Part shown: piece by piece, positions 36,161 to 47,600 of the stretch
Numbering within the stretch: the stretch's first letter is position 1
How the letters are laid out: each line of letters opens with the position of its first letter
Position numbers and translations under genes: made by a program
Assembly (NCBI GenBank): GCA_047495785.1
Contig: JBLDXI010000025.1
Location: 1,364,001-1,428,000, forward strand
From: Lepidodermella squamata
Lineage: Eukaryota > Animalia > Gastrotricha
Length of the DNA: 64,000 bases
Direction of reading: 5' to 3'
The notes under the pieces: model-generated
Seen by the model: only the letters and a program-made list of their open reading frames with translations
Told to the model about the DNA's origin: nothing
Database searches by the model: none

Positions 36161-37779
36161 TCAGTTCTCCGGGACACTGAAAATAGCCTTCAAAATAGCA
36201 TCTGGATCCAAAACTGCATATACCATGCGAGATTTCTCGTTGAGGGGACCTATCGCTACGAATTCTTCATGCTTCAGCCATTTCATGGCAATTCCCAAAT
36301 ATTCGGTTGGCGGCAGCTGTTTCACCGGCTTCGTGATCATCGAGAGGCACGAGGAGCCATCAACCGTTTCTAGCATCGCAAGCATGAGAGATCGCTGAGT
36401 TACGATACCGGCCAACTTCCCCTTTTGATCTCCTTCGACCAGCAGAACCTTTCTCGGTGAAGATTCAAGTAACTTGACAGCCTCAGCTAAGCAAGTCGAA
36501 GAAGGCACGGTAGGATACGGCTTTAGACGAAGATTCCCAAGCTGCAGCTGCCAGATTCCGTTCTTCAAGTAACGCTCTGGGACGGGCATCAAGTGCCGCG
36601 CGATTAGCCAATCATCATCCAGATGCTTTGTCATGTAATTCCTGATCGAGTCTGCGAAAATCACGACGCATCTGTGATGAGCCGCAAAATTTGCTTCTTT
36701 GCACGCCTTGATTGCAGCTGCGAGCGCACCGCCTGAGGAACCACCCGCTAAAATTGCTTCTTCCCGCATTAGACGGCGAGACATCTCGAAAACTTCCCGG
36801 TCGGGGATATAGTACCACTTATCCACAACTTTCGTGTCAAAACAAGCTTCAAAATACTAGTTTAGAGAAGAAGATAGTTGATCGAGACATTGAGACACTT
36901 ACCTGGGATGAAGTCATAGCCGATACCTTCTACTTCGAATGAGACACCCTTACCCGGAGCTGCTAAAGCTTCTGGGCCGACACCAACAACTAAACATCCA
37001 GGGATTCGATCTTTGATTCTTCGGCCGATTCCAGTTATGGTTCCACCAGTTCCAACAGCCACAACCACCATATCAACTTTTCCATCGCACTGCTCAATGA
37101 TTTCATCTGCTGTTCCGTCGTAATGCGCCAGCGGATTAGATGGATTGCGATATTGGTCAAGAATATGCGAATTTGGTATTAGCTCCAATAGCTCCTGATG
37201 ATTTCAAAGATAAATTCTAAGCTGAATTAAATTCTTCAGTCTTACCCTGGCTTTCATGTGGACAGATAATGGACTGTCGAAAGGAACTCCAGCTGGGGTC
37301 CTGATACATAGAGCTCCAAGGCCATTGATAGTCGCCTCTTTTTCATGGCTCATCTTGTCGGTCATAACTACTACCGATTTATAGCCTCGGGCCGCAGCTA
37401 CCAGGCACAGACCAATGCCTGTGTTTCCACTACTCGGCTCGATGATGGCATCACCGCTTTTCAACCGGCCCGAATCTTCCGCATCTTGAATCATTCTCAA
37501 AGCAATGCGGTCTTTGATTGATCCTCCAGCGTTGAAGTACTCGCATTTTGCCAGAACTTCACATTGCACTCCCTCTGATTTAGGGATGCGATTAAGCCGG
37601 ACAAGCGGAGTATTTCCGATTGCGTAGGTGATGTCTGGTAGTATCTTTGGTCTGACGGCTGTTTTCCTAGTTGAATGGACGAACCTTGAAGCCGGGCATC
37701 CAGCCGCCCATTTGCATTTTCTCGCCGATTCCTTCGGCTCAGTTGGCAAATCCCAAAGATCGCGCTCGTCAGTAGTCAT
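36161..37779 (-). CDS. CBS: Cystathionine beta-synthase (503 aa). Exons 37779-37246, 37194-36903, 36846-36161
   Basis: [24 protein letters not shown] (PLP lysine), [40 protein letters not shown]-terminal heme-type Cys/His (KCKW..VH) and a C-terminal Bateman module. Confidence 0.97.
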
Positions 37780-37814
37780 AATAATCTAAGAGTACCACAA
37801 AATTATTATTAACC

Positions 37815-39234
37815 TTAAGAATTATTCGCTAAGCGACGCATTAAACGTAAATAAGCAAAAATAATTTTGTCTTTAAAGGATTTGTCGTTTTTAGGAGTTA
37901 GAGAATCGTTTCGCTTCCCCTCGCCGTTCATTTTGTGTTCAGGATACAGGCAGTAATGTTGAACCATGAAGACAACATCGAAAAATATGGAAAATATCCC
38001 CATAGTGAACTTAGTAGCATTGCCAGTGATTGAGTTCCAATCATCTAGAATAAATTATCGGAGGTTTTTAGTGGTCAGAGGCCAAGTTCTTACCGAAGTT
38101 ATAGGCTAAAATGATCATTTGGATAAAACTGAAGATACCACCGACAAAATCTATGAGTGTTCCCCATATGCTCCAACCAGCAGTTGATTTCAAGGTGTAG
38201 TTCATGTAGACTTGCGGAAAGTACTTGATGAGCGATGCACATATCCTAATGTAGCTTAGCAGTTGAATCACCATCAGCCAATTTAGTTGACCAGCAGCTC
38301 CAACTGTGATAATGATGAACGCATAAAGCACGGCGACCGCAGCCAAGGCCTTGCAAACCCAAGAAACTCGTTTCCCACCACGCTATAAAAAAGCGAGATG
38401 GACATTATTATTTTAAATCTGAAAACAAACCTCGAAGACGGCGATTTGCACTACGGCAATCGATACCGCAGTCAGAGCGTGAACAACGTGGCAAACGTCC
38501 GGCAGGGTAACTGGAAGGCCTCCTCTTGGATTTAGCTCGTAATATTGCATCTGAAAAAGTGTTAATTCTCCTGTCCTCAAGTAAGTGATTGGCTTACGTG
38601 AATTTGCGAAGAAAAGTACAGGCTCATAATGTAGACGGCGTAGAACGAAAAACCAATGACGTTATAGGTTACGAAGTCGAAATTGTACCCAACTACACTT
38701 TTACGATAGAAGTTGAGGATCAACTGAGGCCAAAAGGCGACCGTGAATGCTGCGAAGTATATCCAGCCGATAATGTCGCTGAGAAGCACGAGCCAAGGCA
38801 CGCGGAATATGTTCACAGTGAGGTAGATGCTTGCCAAACTAAAAAGAAGCCAAGTTAAATTCTTGGAAATTGATCACATGTTACAATAAAAACTCAGTGA
38901 ATTGCGTTGAGTTGCTCCTCAAGCCCAGATACATGTGGCCACCGCTGTTGCCTACAACACTCATTGTGTAGTGGCTCGAATTCTGAGGCAGGGTTGCCGA
39001 AGAGTTGAAGTCGAAAACACAATCATTTCTTGGAATCTCACTTGAATCCCCGCCTTGGCAGTAAAATTCTATTTGCGCCTCTTCGACAAGAGGCTCACTA
39101 GAGCAGAATGAATTAGGGGGTTTGCAGCCTAACTCAATTCTAGCTCACCTTGCAACGAGTTTCACTAAATGGCTGTGGCCGACAGACATATCCAGCCGGC
39201 TGGGAACAAATTGAAAAGTCAAATTATTATCCAT
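37815..39234 (-). CDS. CTNS: Cystinosin (lysosomal cystine/H+ symporter, PQ-loop), ~389 aa. Exons 39234-39149, 39097-38894, 38838-38598, 38550-38431, 38382-38094, 38044-37815
   Basis: [56 protein letters not shown]. All junctions are phase-consistent. Confidence 0.95.
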
Positions 39235-39659
39235 AGCTGTAAATATCAAGTGTCAAGGAATGAGACCAAGCTGCATTGTCTCCAACCGTCAATAACCTGT
39301 TGCACTCGCAAAGAATTAACACGGGATGACCACGGCCTATTTCAATCTTTTGCCTCAATTCATCGACCGAGTGCGTTTCAGGTGCTTTTCAGGTGCGAGT
39401 CTTATCGAGTTTTTTGTTTATGATTCAACGCGGAAATTTACCGGTATGGTTGTACTGTTTCCACGTTCAGGAAACGCATTTATCCTGGGTAAATATTAAC
39501 GCGTCCTTCTTTCTGGGGCGTATTTTTACGCATGTCAAAGTAAATAAACATTGTACATGAACTATTTTTCAAAAAAGAGTGTCCTTGATTCGTACATTTT
39601 ATTTTCCATGAAAAATATGCGGAATATTTTTGAGGAAAATATATAAGCCAAAGAAACAG

Positions 39660-40805
39660 TCAAATTTCTTTTCCATCCAGGAACCAAAAATGTTGCCGCA
39701 GTGCCTCCATCTCCATAATTTCTTTGCCAGCCTTATCAGGATTGAGGCTCTTAGCCATGCACATAAGCACCATTCCTTTGAATAGTGTTGGCGAGACCAA
39801 GTTGCATTTGACTATTTGATCGATGAATTCTTCGTCTAGATTTGAAATAACACTGTCCAAAAATATGGTCAAAGCTTCTGCCTTGCCGTGCAAATTAGCG
39901 ACTAAATGCTCAACAGTCGCTTCGAAAAGTGGCAGGAAGTGACTTTTATCTCTCAAGGCAGTGTGAAACGGTAGCACAAGATGCAACCGCCACGACTCTC
40001 CAAGTGGCAAAGGTTTCTCGAAATAAGTGGGCATGAAGTAATTGAGAATAGAATTAAAAAAATTGCTCAGCCGTGCAGTAAACGGAACATGGACGAAAAT
40101 TTGCACTGTCGGGTCTTTCGTGGCAGCAACCATCAGCTCTGAGCCTAGATGCTTGGCTGTACAGACATTGCACGATACGGGAAAATTTTCATTTGGAAAT
40201 AAAAATGACTTTGGGAAGATTTTTCGTAAATAAGACTCCGATTCGGATGCATCCAGCGTTGTCACAAAAACACTGTTGCGAGGTCTAAATTTGAGAATTT
40301 CATGAACGCGGCTAATGTTAACGCCGCAACGTCTCGAAGTCCACATAGCTCTGTACTCGTTCTTGTTCAGAAATAGTTGCTGTGACACGTCATTATCCGC
40401 TGTGGTGAATGCATATATGAATTTAACTCCTTTTCTGCGTAGATCTTCTTCCATCGCCCTGATCAAACAATGCCCAATGCCCCGTCGTCTATGCTGAGAA
40501 TCGACCCTGAGGTTGAAGATGTATGATACTTTTTCATAGACCTGGTTATCTGGGTCGAACAGAACTTGGCGAATGTTGGCAGCCACACCTCCAACGACGC
40601 AGCCGGAACTCCGCTCTTCACAAAGAAGCAAATATGATTCTGCGAACTTGGCGTGACGAGGTGGATCAGCTCCCATACGGAATCTAAGACCCTTCCCCTG
40701 TGGATTTCGTTTTTCTAGGTCCGCAACGCTCTCCAGGTCAGATGAGCTGTTGTTGAATGGCCGTATGATGTAAGGATCACTGTTTGCATTTCGCTGATCG
40801 CCCAT
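39660..40805 (-). CDS. GNAT N-acetyltransferase, HOOKLESS1 (HLS1)-like, intronless (start could be up to 40880)
   Basis: Acetyl-CoA binding motif A LRVDSQHRRRGIG, followed by AMEEDLRRKGVKFIYAFTTADNDVSQQLF. Confidence 0.85.
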   Translation of the reverse strand: MGDQRNANSDPYIIRPFNNSSSDLESVADLEKRNPQGKGLRFRMGADPPRHAKFAESYLLLCEERSSGCVVGGVAANIRQVLFDPDNQVYEKVSYIFNLRVDSQHRRRGIGHCLIRAMEEDLRRKGVKFIYAFTTADNDVSQQLFLNKNEYRAMWTSRRCGVNISRVHEILKFRPRNSVFVTTLDASESESYLRKIFPKSFLFPNENFPVSCNVCTAKHLGSELMVAATKDPTVQIFVHVPFTARLSNFFNSILNYFMPTYFEKPLPLGESWRLHLVLPFHTALRDKSHFLPLFEATVEHLVANLHGKAEALTIFLDSVISNLDEEFIDQIVKCNLVSPTLFKGMVLMCMAKSLNPDKAGKEIMEMEALRQHFWFLDGKEI

Positions 40806-41518
40806 TGTCGGAAAAGAAAAGTTGAGCTGAGTCAATTCGAGCTCCAGAGTGCGCACAGGTATCGCATTACCACGCCCCATGCCGGATTTATTTGCTCTAC
40901 GCTGTTTGCTTGGCTGAAAATGGTATATTTGAAACACTTAACGAGCAACATGACAGAAAAAGTGTTCTCTTTTCAGACATTCCTATTTAGAGGCATCCTT
41001 TGAATCTATTGCTACTTTCCATAATCGTTAACGACACGCCAAAACAACCGCTTAGATGACTCATTCGAGCGTACTTTTGGTAGCCTACCGTAGTAACGAA
41101 GTACGTTAGGCCTATTGAGCACCGAACGTACTTTCCTCATAAAATCTATAAATAGTGTGTTTCGCCATTTTCGCGGCGACAAGGCCAAGGAACGCCCACA
41201 GAAATAATGGAGATCACAAAAATAAGACGCAATTGTATTTATTGCGATGTTCGAAGTTTGATTTTGAAAATTGAAATTAGGGTAGCTATTGCGAGTAAAT
41301 GAAGCTATTGCGGAATACTGAATCTCCATTTCATATTTCCAAATAAAGCCCAGAATTTTTATTGTATAACTTGAGCAATTTCAAAAATATTATTCTTGCT
41401 GCCAGTATACAAGAGGTTGCTAGAGCACGATTCGATACTCGATATACCATTCGAGACATTCACTCTTGAAGAAATCTCTTGAATTTATTAGCTTTCTATA
41501 AAACTAGGAGCATGCATC

Positions 41519-43051
41519 TCACAATTCATTTTTCACGCAATTTTTCGCCCATGTTGTCACGTTAACAATATTATAACCACGATTAGTTAATTGATCGGCG
41601 ATCTTTGATCCCATTGAGTCTGAAAAAGATGTATCTTCCTGAAGTCCTCCAATCTTTGCATCTCCTGCAAACTCCGCTATGTATGGCAGTCGGTAGTGAA
41701 TCATCCTGCCATCGCTCTTCTCATTCACGGTATAGGTCGAACCACCATTGGTTATGTCATGTACCGATAAATAAAGCACATTATCCACTCGAACTATGGT
41801 CTTATGGCGCCCATCCTGCGTTGCATGACTAGCGCGCCACGTCATATCGTTGATGCGGGAGTAAAGCGTTTTGTTACCAGGATTTCGACACCCAGCTGGT
41901 TCCATATCTTTAGAGCCGAAAAACCAGTTTTTGAATACGATTCCGCCAAGGTTCCCACCATTGTCGCTGTTAATTGCCTCTAGATAATCGATTAAATTTG
42001 AAGCTTTCTTTGAGTTGGTCGACGGATATAGCTGAAAGAACTCATCAGCGTCGAAGAACGCAAGCCAGTCAGCCTTACCTGGAAATTGAACAATTGAGCA
42101 ATACCATAAGAAATCATTGCAAATTGAGCACTCACCTTTCAGCCGATACAAACAATCCATTTGGGACACTTGTTGCGACCATTTCCCCAGGTATTCCACA
42201 GGGGCGTAAAAGTAATACGGCGCAACTTGGGCGATTTTCAATTCATTCACGTATACATAGAGGAATTCTTCGAAACCAGTAGATGAAGGCTCATTGACAT
42301 AGATGATGAAGTAATCGAAGCCTACTAATCTGTGGTACTCAATCCACTCCGGAAGCCTGTCCAGTTGATCATTTGCGACGAGGGTGCAAGCTGCCAGGCG
42401 GAATTTGGGCTTCGGAAGTTGGAAGTTGCAAGATAAAAGATCCCGCCCGTGAGGGTTAAAATTCGGCCTATTCGTCGCCGTCAAATTGTAGCGGACACCG
42501 TTTTTGTAGATGTCGTCGATGAATAAAGGCGATCCATCGAGCGGACATTCCAGGGTAAGGGTCCAAGTGTGAAGATCGGCTTCGCCCTTATTATTGGTAA
42601 CTGCGGAGCAAGGTACGCTATGGCCATTGCTCTCTAGCAACCATTGAGTCTTTTCAACCCAAACCTGGTAGTCTTTCATCTTATTCACAGAGGAGACCTT
42701 AACTGATGGGTTTATCGATTCGCACATGAAAACGACGTTGGCAACAGTTCTGCCTTCTAAGCGCCGATAAAATAGGCTCCCTGGTACGGGTAAATGTGGC
42801 TGGGTGATGTATGCACGCCTTGCGTTCGCCTCATTGTTAAAACGGCGCCGACATTCGGCGAAGGACAGTAGTGACCATTGCTCGCGGGCAGCATCCAAGC
42901 TCGTCGCGTTTTTCGAGAGAACCATCCTCTCGCGTGCGATGTTACTTTGAATGTTGCCAAGTTGTATCAGTATACAGATGGCAATAGCCAATACGCATAG
43001 CATTCGGGTTGCAGTTAGACAGCAATATCTAGGCTGCCAATATTGAATCAT
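41519..43051 (-). CDS. Glycosyltransferase family 92 (DUF23) type II membrane protein. Exons 43051-42136, 42078-41519
   Basis: N-terminal TM anchor, LAACT..EWIEYHRLVGFDYFIIY, Q..DCLYR and the WLAFFDADEF (DxD) motif. A 57-bp in-frame GT-AG intron is present. Confidence 0.88.
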   Translation of the reverse strand: MIQYWQPRYCCLTATRMLCVLAIAICILIQLGNIQSNIARERMVLSKNATSLDAAREQWSLLSFAECRRRFNNEANARRAYITQPHLPVPGSLFYRRLEGRTVANVVFMCESINPSVKVSSVNKMKDYQVWVEKTQWLLESNGHSVPCSAVTNNKGEADLHTWTLTLECPLDGSPLFIDDIYKNGVRYNLTATNRPNFNPHGRDLLSCNFQLPKPKFRLAACTLVANDQLDRLPEWIEYHRLVGFDYFIIYVNEPSSTGFEEFLYVYVNELKIAQVAPYYFYAPVEYLGKWSQQVSQMDCLYRLKGECSICNDFLWYCSIVQFPGKADWLAFFDADEFFQLYPSTNSKKASNLIDYLEAINSDNGGNLGGIVFKNWFFGSKDMEPAGCRNPGNKTLYSRINDMTWRASHATQDGRHKTIVRVDNVLYLSVHDITNGGSTYTVNEKSDGRMIHYRLPYIAEFAGDAKIGGLQEDTSFSDSMGSKIADQLTNRGYNIVNVTTWAKNCVKNEL

Positions 43052-44651
43052 TTTCGATCGAGGATTTGCGGAGCCTAGATTGAAATCATGACCGGAGCGA
43101 CGTATGATAAGATGCGATGAAAATCGTGGTTTATGATTAAAAGATTAAAAGATTGAAAAATTTAAAGAGAAAGACGAATAAAGAAAGACGATTGAAAGAC
43201 GATTTCGGGTCGTTCAAAGCCAACTCATCGAGTTACTGCGCACTGTTAGTTAGTATATTGACATATCATTGGCGTTTCGTTAGCTATTAAGTATTCATAA
43301 GTAACTTAGTGCCTTCTTTGTCGAGGGTATTGTGAACTATCGGCGCGGTTTGCCCGGTGTATGTCAGTCGCAAAATGCTTGCCGCACGCAGCAAAATTAT
43401 TTATCGGAAATCAATAGAATTCGTTGGCTTGTTTCAGGTCTTGAAATTGTGAAGAACATCCTTCCCGAAAACTGTCAACATTGCCGAAAATATGAGAAGT
43501 GAAAACCTCAACACCTGGAAAACCTGCCTGGTTATTGTTAGTTGGTGGTGAGCTTTCACTACTAACTGTGTGGTGACTGGACTACTAAATGCTAAAGAGC
43601 GGCCCACTATTCCAGCATTTAAGGTATTTTCCCACTTTATCCGAAAGCTGAAGCAGAAATGGCTACTCTAAATGCGAAATCGAAAGTTGGAAAAGTTTGA
43701 GATCAAAGCTAATCAAGATAATTACCTCAATGTTGTTATTGGGAGCATTGGGAGCATGCGGTCCAAGCACCAAGCACCTCACAGGCGAGTGGGCTTGTGT
43801 TCAACCCCGCCACAAGGAAGAAACACAAAGGTTCAAGAAAATATCTCGTTGAAATTGTTGTAAATATTATTTATTAATCAAATATGTAAAAACGCGTGCC
43901 TGGCACGAGCCTCAATTAACCTAATTAAATTTAACGTATAACTCTGTGCTTGCCGCGTTGTTTTACTGTATTTAATGGCTGAATGAAGCGTTAATCACTA
44001 CCGCTTAACAACGTTTCATTCAGGGTTTTCTTCAACTCAATAAATCAACATTCTCCGATCAAAATGCATGTAATTTTTTTCTGAAACGCTCAAATGATCA
44101 CACGAAGAAGCTGATGAAATCGAAAGGTCCCCCTGTGGCTTTTTAGCCGTTCTCTTTTAAGAATTTCGCGATAGGCGCCCACAACACCTGTACTTCGCAG
44201 CCTGCTTAGATTCAATTCTCCCGCTCACCTCAAGTATTTCTATTGCCAACAGTGATTTTGTAGGATGACGAAAAACACTGCAGCCTCTACGTGAACTCTC
44301 GCACTTTGATCCTGCAAACCTGAGACGCAACGCAGTAGAACTTACCGAGTTATTCTTCGCCTTGAAACATTCACAAAAAACAAGCAAGTGACGATTGACG
44401 ATTTATTAATCGATTTTCCGAACAGTACAAATAATAAATACCATTAACAATCATTGGGCAAAGATGAGCAACACAATAATTTCACCATCAATATATTATA
44501 GATATAGGCAGGGCAAAAATCACCGAAAAATCAGTTTTAGTATTCTCACAATTTCTAAAGCACCAGCATAACAAATGTTTTACTACCACTATCCAAGCTT
44601 ATATCAAGGGTAGGAAAAGAGTCAATTAGAAGCAGGCAAGACGAGGCTCCG

Positions 44652-47600
44652 TCAAACAGTCGGTTTGAAACCGAGATAGTCGTTGATGCCATCAGCCAGG
44701 GCGCGCAACCCCTCCGCCAGCCGGTCATGCGGCAGGGCTGTCATCGAAACGCGCACGCCCCAGTGCGAAGTCTGCTGGCGGTTGCTAGGCAACAGGCACC
44801 GCGAGCCGTCGACCACGCGGATCGAATGACGGGTGCGCAGGTAGTCGACCAGCGAGGCGCTTGTCTCGTCGCGGGACGCCGATTTCGGGACCTTCAGCCA
44901 GATGAAGTAGCCACCCTGCGGCAGAGTGTAGACAACATTGCCGGGCAGATGCGCAGCAAATATGCCTTGAGCAATCTCGAAGCGAGACTTCAGCTCTTTG
45001 CGAATCATATCTGTCATTATATCGGCAGAGCCATCGGCGATCATTTCACCAACCAGGCTAAAATAAAAATAAGAAAATTTTGTATATTGTGTTCATTTAC
45101 AAAGTACGTTCAAGTTGCGAATTTGTCGAAATTTAGTTCAAATGTTGAGCTCTTCAGTTTAGGGAAACACATTTTTCTGATAGTAATTACTAACAAATTG
45201 TTTGCGGGAATCATTTATCGAGGTAACACAAGTCAACCATCGGCAAGCAAATGGTCCCAAGGTCTAAAAAAAAGCCCCGCGATAGATGAAGCGGGCGCTG
45301 CTAAGCGCACCCGAACCGTTATCTTTACATTGCCAAAAGCTAGCCTTCAAATGTACTAAATTTATGAAATTTGCTTAAATTGGTCAAGTAGCAAATAGAA
45401 TAGGCAAAGCCGGGTAGGAGAGCCCAGAAAAAACGCCGAAAAATATGGTGATATGAATAACATTTTGACTGATATCACCAGTTTCATCACCCTGGCCGAG
45501 CTTTGTTTAGTTCACAATTGCCTGCTTCACCATTTATAGAAGTAATGCCCATCCCTAGGTGCATGAAAATCCTACTTCCGACACTCTGAATAGCTGTCAC
45601 TTTAGAAAATGGACATGGAAGCATTCTTATTGAACCGTTTGGCCATCTCAACTTCCAATTATCAAGATTTGTTACCGAAATTCGAACGCAGGAGGGCGAT
45701 CACTACGCTGGTTCAAGCATCGTTTCTCACATTGACAACATTTTCAGTTATCTCAAATCAAAAGGCCGTGATCTGAAATGGCGATCGAGCGATTCATTTC
45801 TGCAACTGCATTTATCTGTTGGCTCTGTTCTGACTCGAAATCAGCGAGAACTCAGAATTCTGCGCCGTTTATCAATGAAAACATCTCAACAAATTTCTCC
45901 GTAATTTCACCATGAAAAAAACCGGAAAGTCTGACAATTTAGACCGCGTTAACGAGCTGGCGGTGGAGCTCGATAAGTGCATGGGTCGTTTCAACGTCGA
46001 GCTTTGCGTTAATTGCAAAAAACCGAGAGGGTCAGTTGTAGTGTCGACCTGAAGTGAAAATTGTATGCCCAAAACTCCCAGAACCGGTCATCATTCCAAG
46101 CACGCCAAGAAATCCTCCGAAGTAACAAATTTAGAATATAGCTTCAAAATATGTTTGCCATATGTTAGTTCAAAATTGTTCAAAAGTGCGCCAAAACCTC
46201 CATCGCCGATATGGAATCTTAACGCGCCTAGCTGACAATCAAGATCTGTCAGATTTCGCCGCCTTCTTCGGCATGCAGGCTCGGTCACTCGGGCTCATCG
46301 ACGAGGAGGCAATTCAGGCATTAGCCTTCAAACTCAGCACGGCAAATAGCCGCGCCGTTTCTTTCCTGCATTCCACTCGCGCATCGCCCGTTAAGGGTCC
46401 TTCTGTCGATCTGCGGTTCTACAGCCTTCGACTAAGCAGGTCTGGCTTACTCGCGCCGGCTACCGAAAAGCCGGAGTTGAACCCACAACCATCATCGTGC
46501 CAGTACCTGATAGTCGAAAGCTGAAGCTGCTAATTATGGGTTGGGCCCGACTCTGTTACACGCGACAAAACGCGACTGTGTCCGGTTACTTTCCATTTTC
46601 GTTCGCGATTGACAATTTCAGAACCTTGCTACTTTGAGAAATGTTGAGACAGTGGGGAAATACTGTGACGGACCGCAATCAAGATGCGACAATCATGGGC
46701 TAAGTCAAAAAGAAGAGGAAGCCAGTGCGAAAGCCGGTCGCTGATGAGCTCCACGCCGTGGACTTCAACGGTGTTATCCGCGAGACTCTGACCGGACACT
46801 TGTGAAATCCACTTTTTCTCCTATCATCATTCCTCGAGCTTCCTTACTGGATTTAGTCTCGTTAAATACATAAATGATGATAGCGTGCGGAAACGCAATG
46901 TGTGCAAAAACCTAGCATGAAACATTTTCTGCGGATTTTTAATCACATGCGGAAGTACCAACATCCCGCAAGCTACCTTCTTTGTCCAACAAAATTGAAC
47001 ATTCACCGGAGAAAACCCGGAATGGTAACTGATTCAGTAATTTTCGGTATTTTACCCGGATTACAATCGTGGTAGTCAATGAGATCGCCGATTTGAGTGT
47101 CAGTACGGGCAAAATCTTGGAATACCGGCCAGGTTTTGATTGGTCAATGCATGGTTCCAGCCAATTTAAAAAATATCATTTCTAAGCAATTTTTTTCATT
47201 TTTTAATATTTTTAATATTCAATTTATCAATTTATCATAGAAATTCCAATCAAAAGAAATTCATAAAAAATGATGAGTTTTATTGTTATGAAAAAGCTTA
47301 CCAAGCAATATATTGGTTGGGACAGCCTCCAGAGAGGATAAAACCAGACTCATCGATTCGTTTTTGAACGCGTTTCGACGCAACAAACCATCCAAAACGC
47401 AGGCCGGGTCCAATAAGTTTCGACGCACTGCCCAGCGTGACGATATGGTCCGACAATTCGCCGCTGTCCGTGCTTGTCGACGGCAGGTACGGCAGGGCAT
47501 TCAGCGTGCCGGGCGACATGTCGCACAGCTCGCTGAAATTCGTGAAGCTGTACACGTCATCGGCCATGATCAGCACGTTGAATTGATCGGCGATTTTGCC

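Noticed and set aside
46741-46790. CTGATGA followed by a small hairpin (hammerhead-like); similar partial hits near 44111, 45130-45157 and 51083
   Set aside because: No correctly placed GAAA..UH core.
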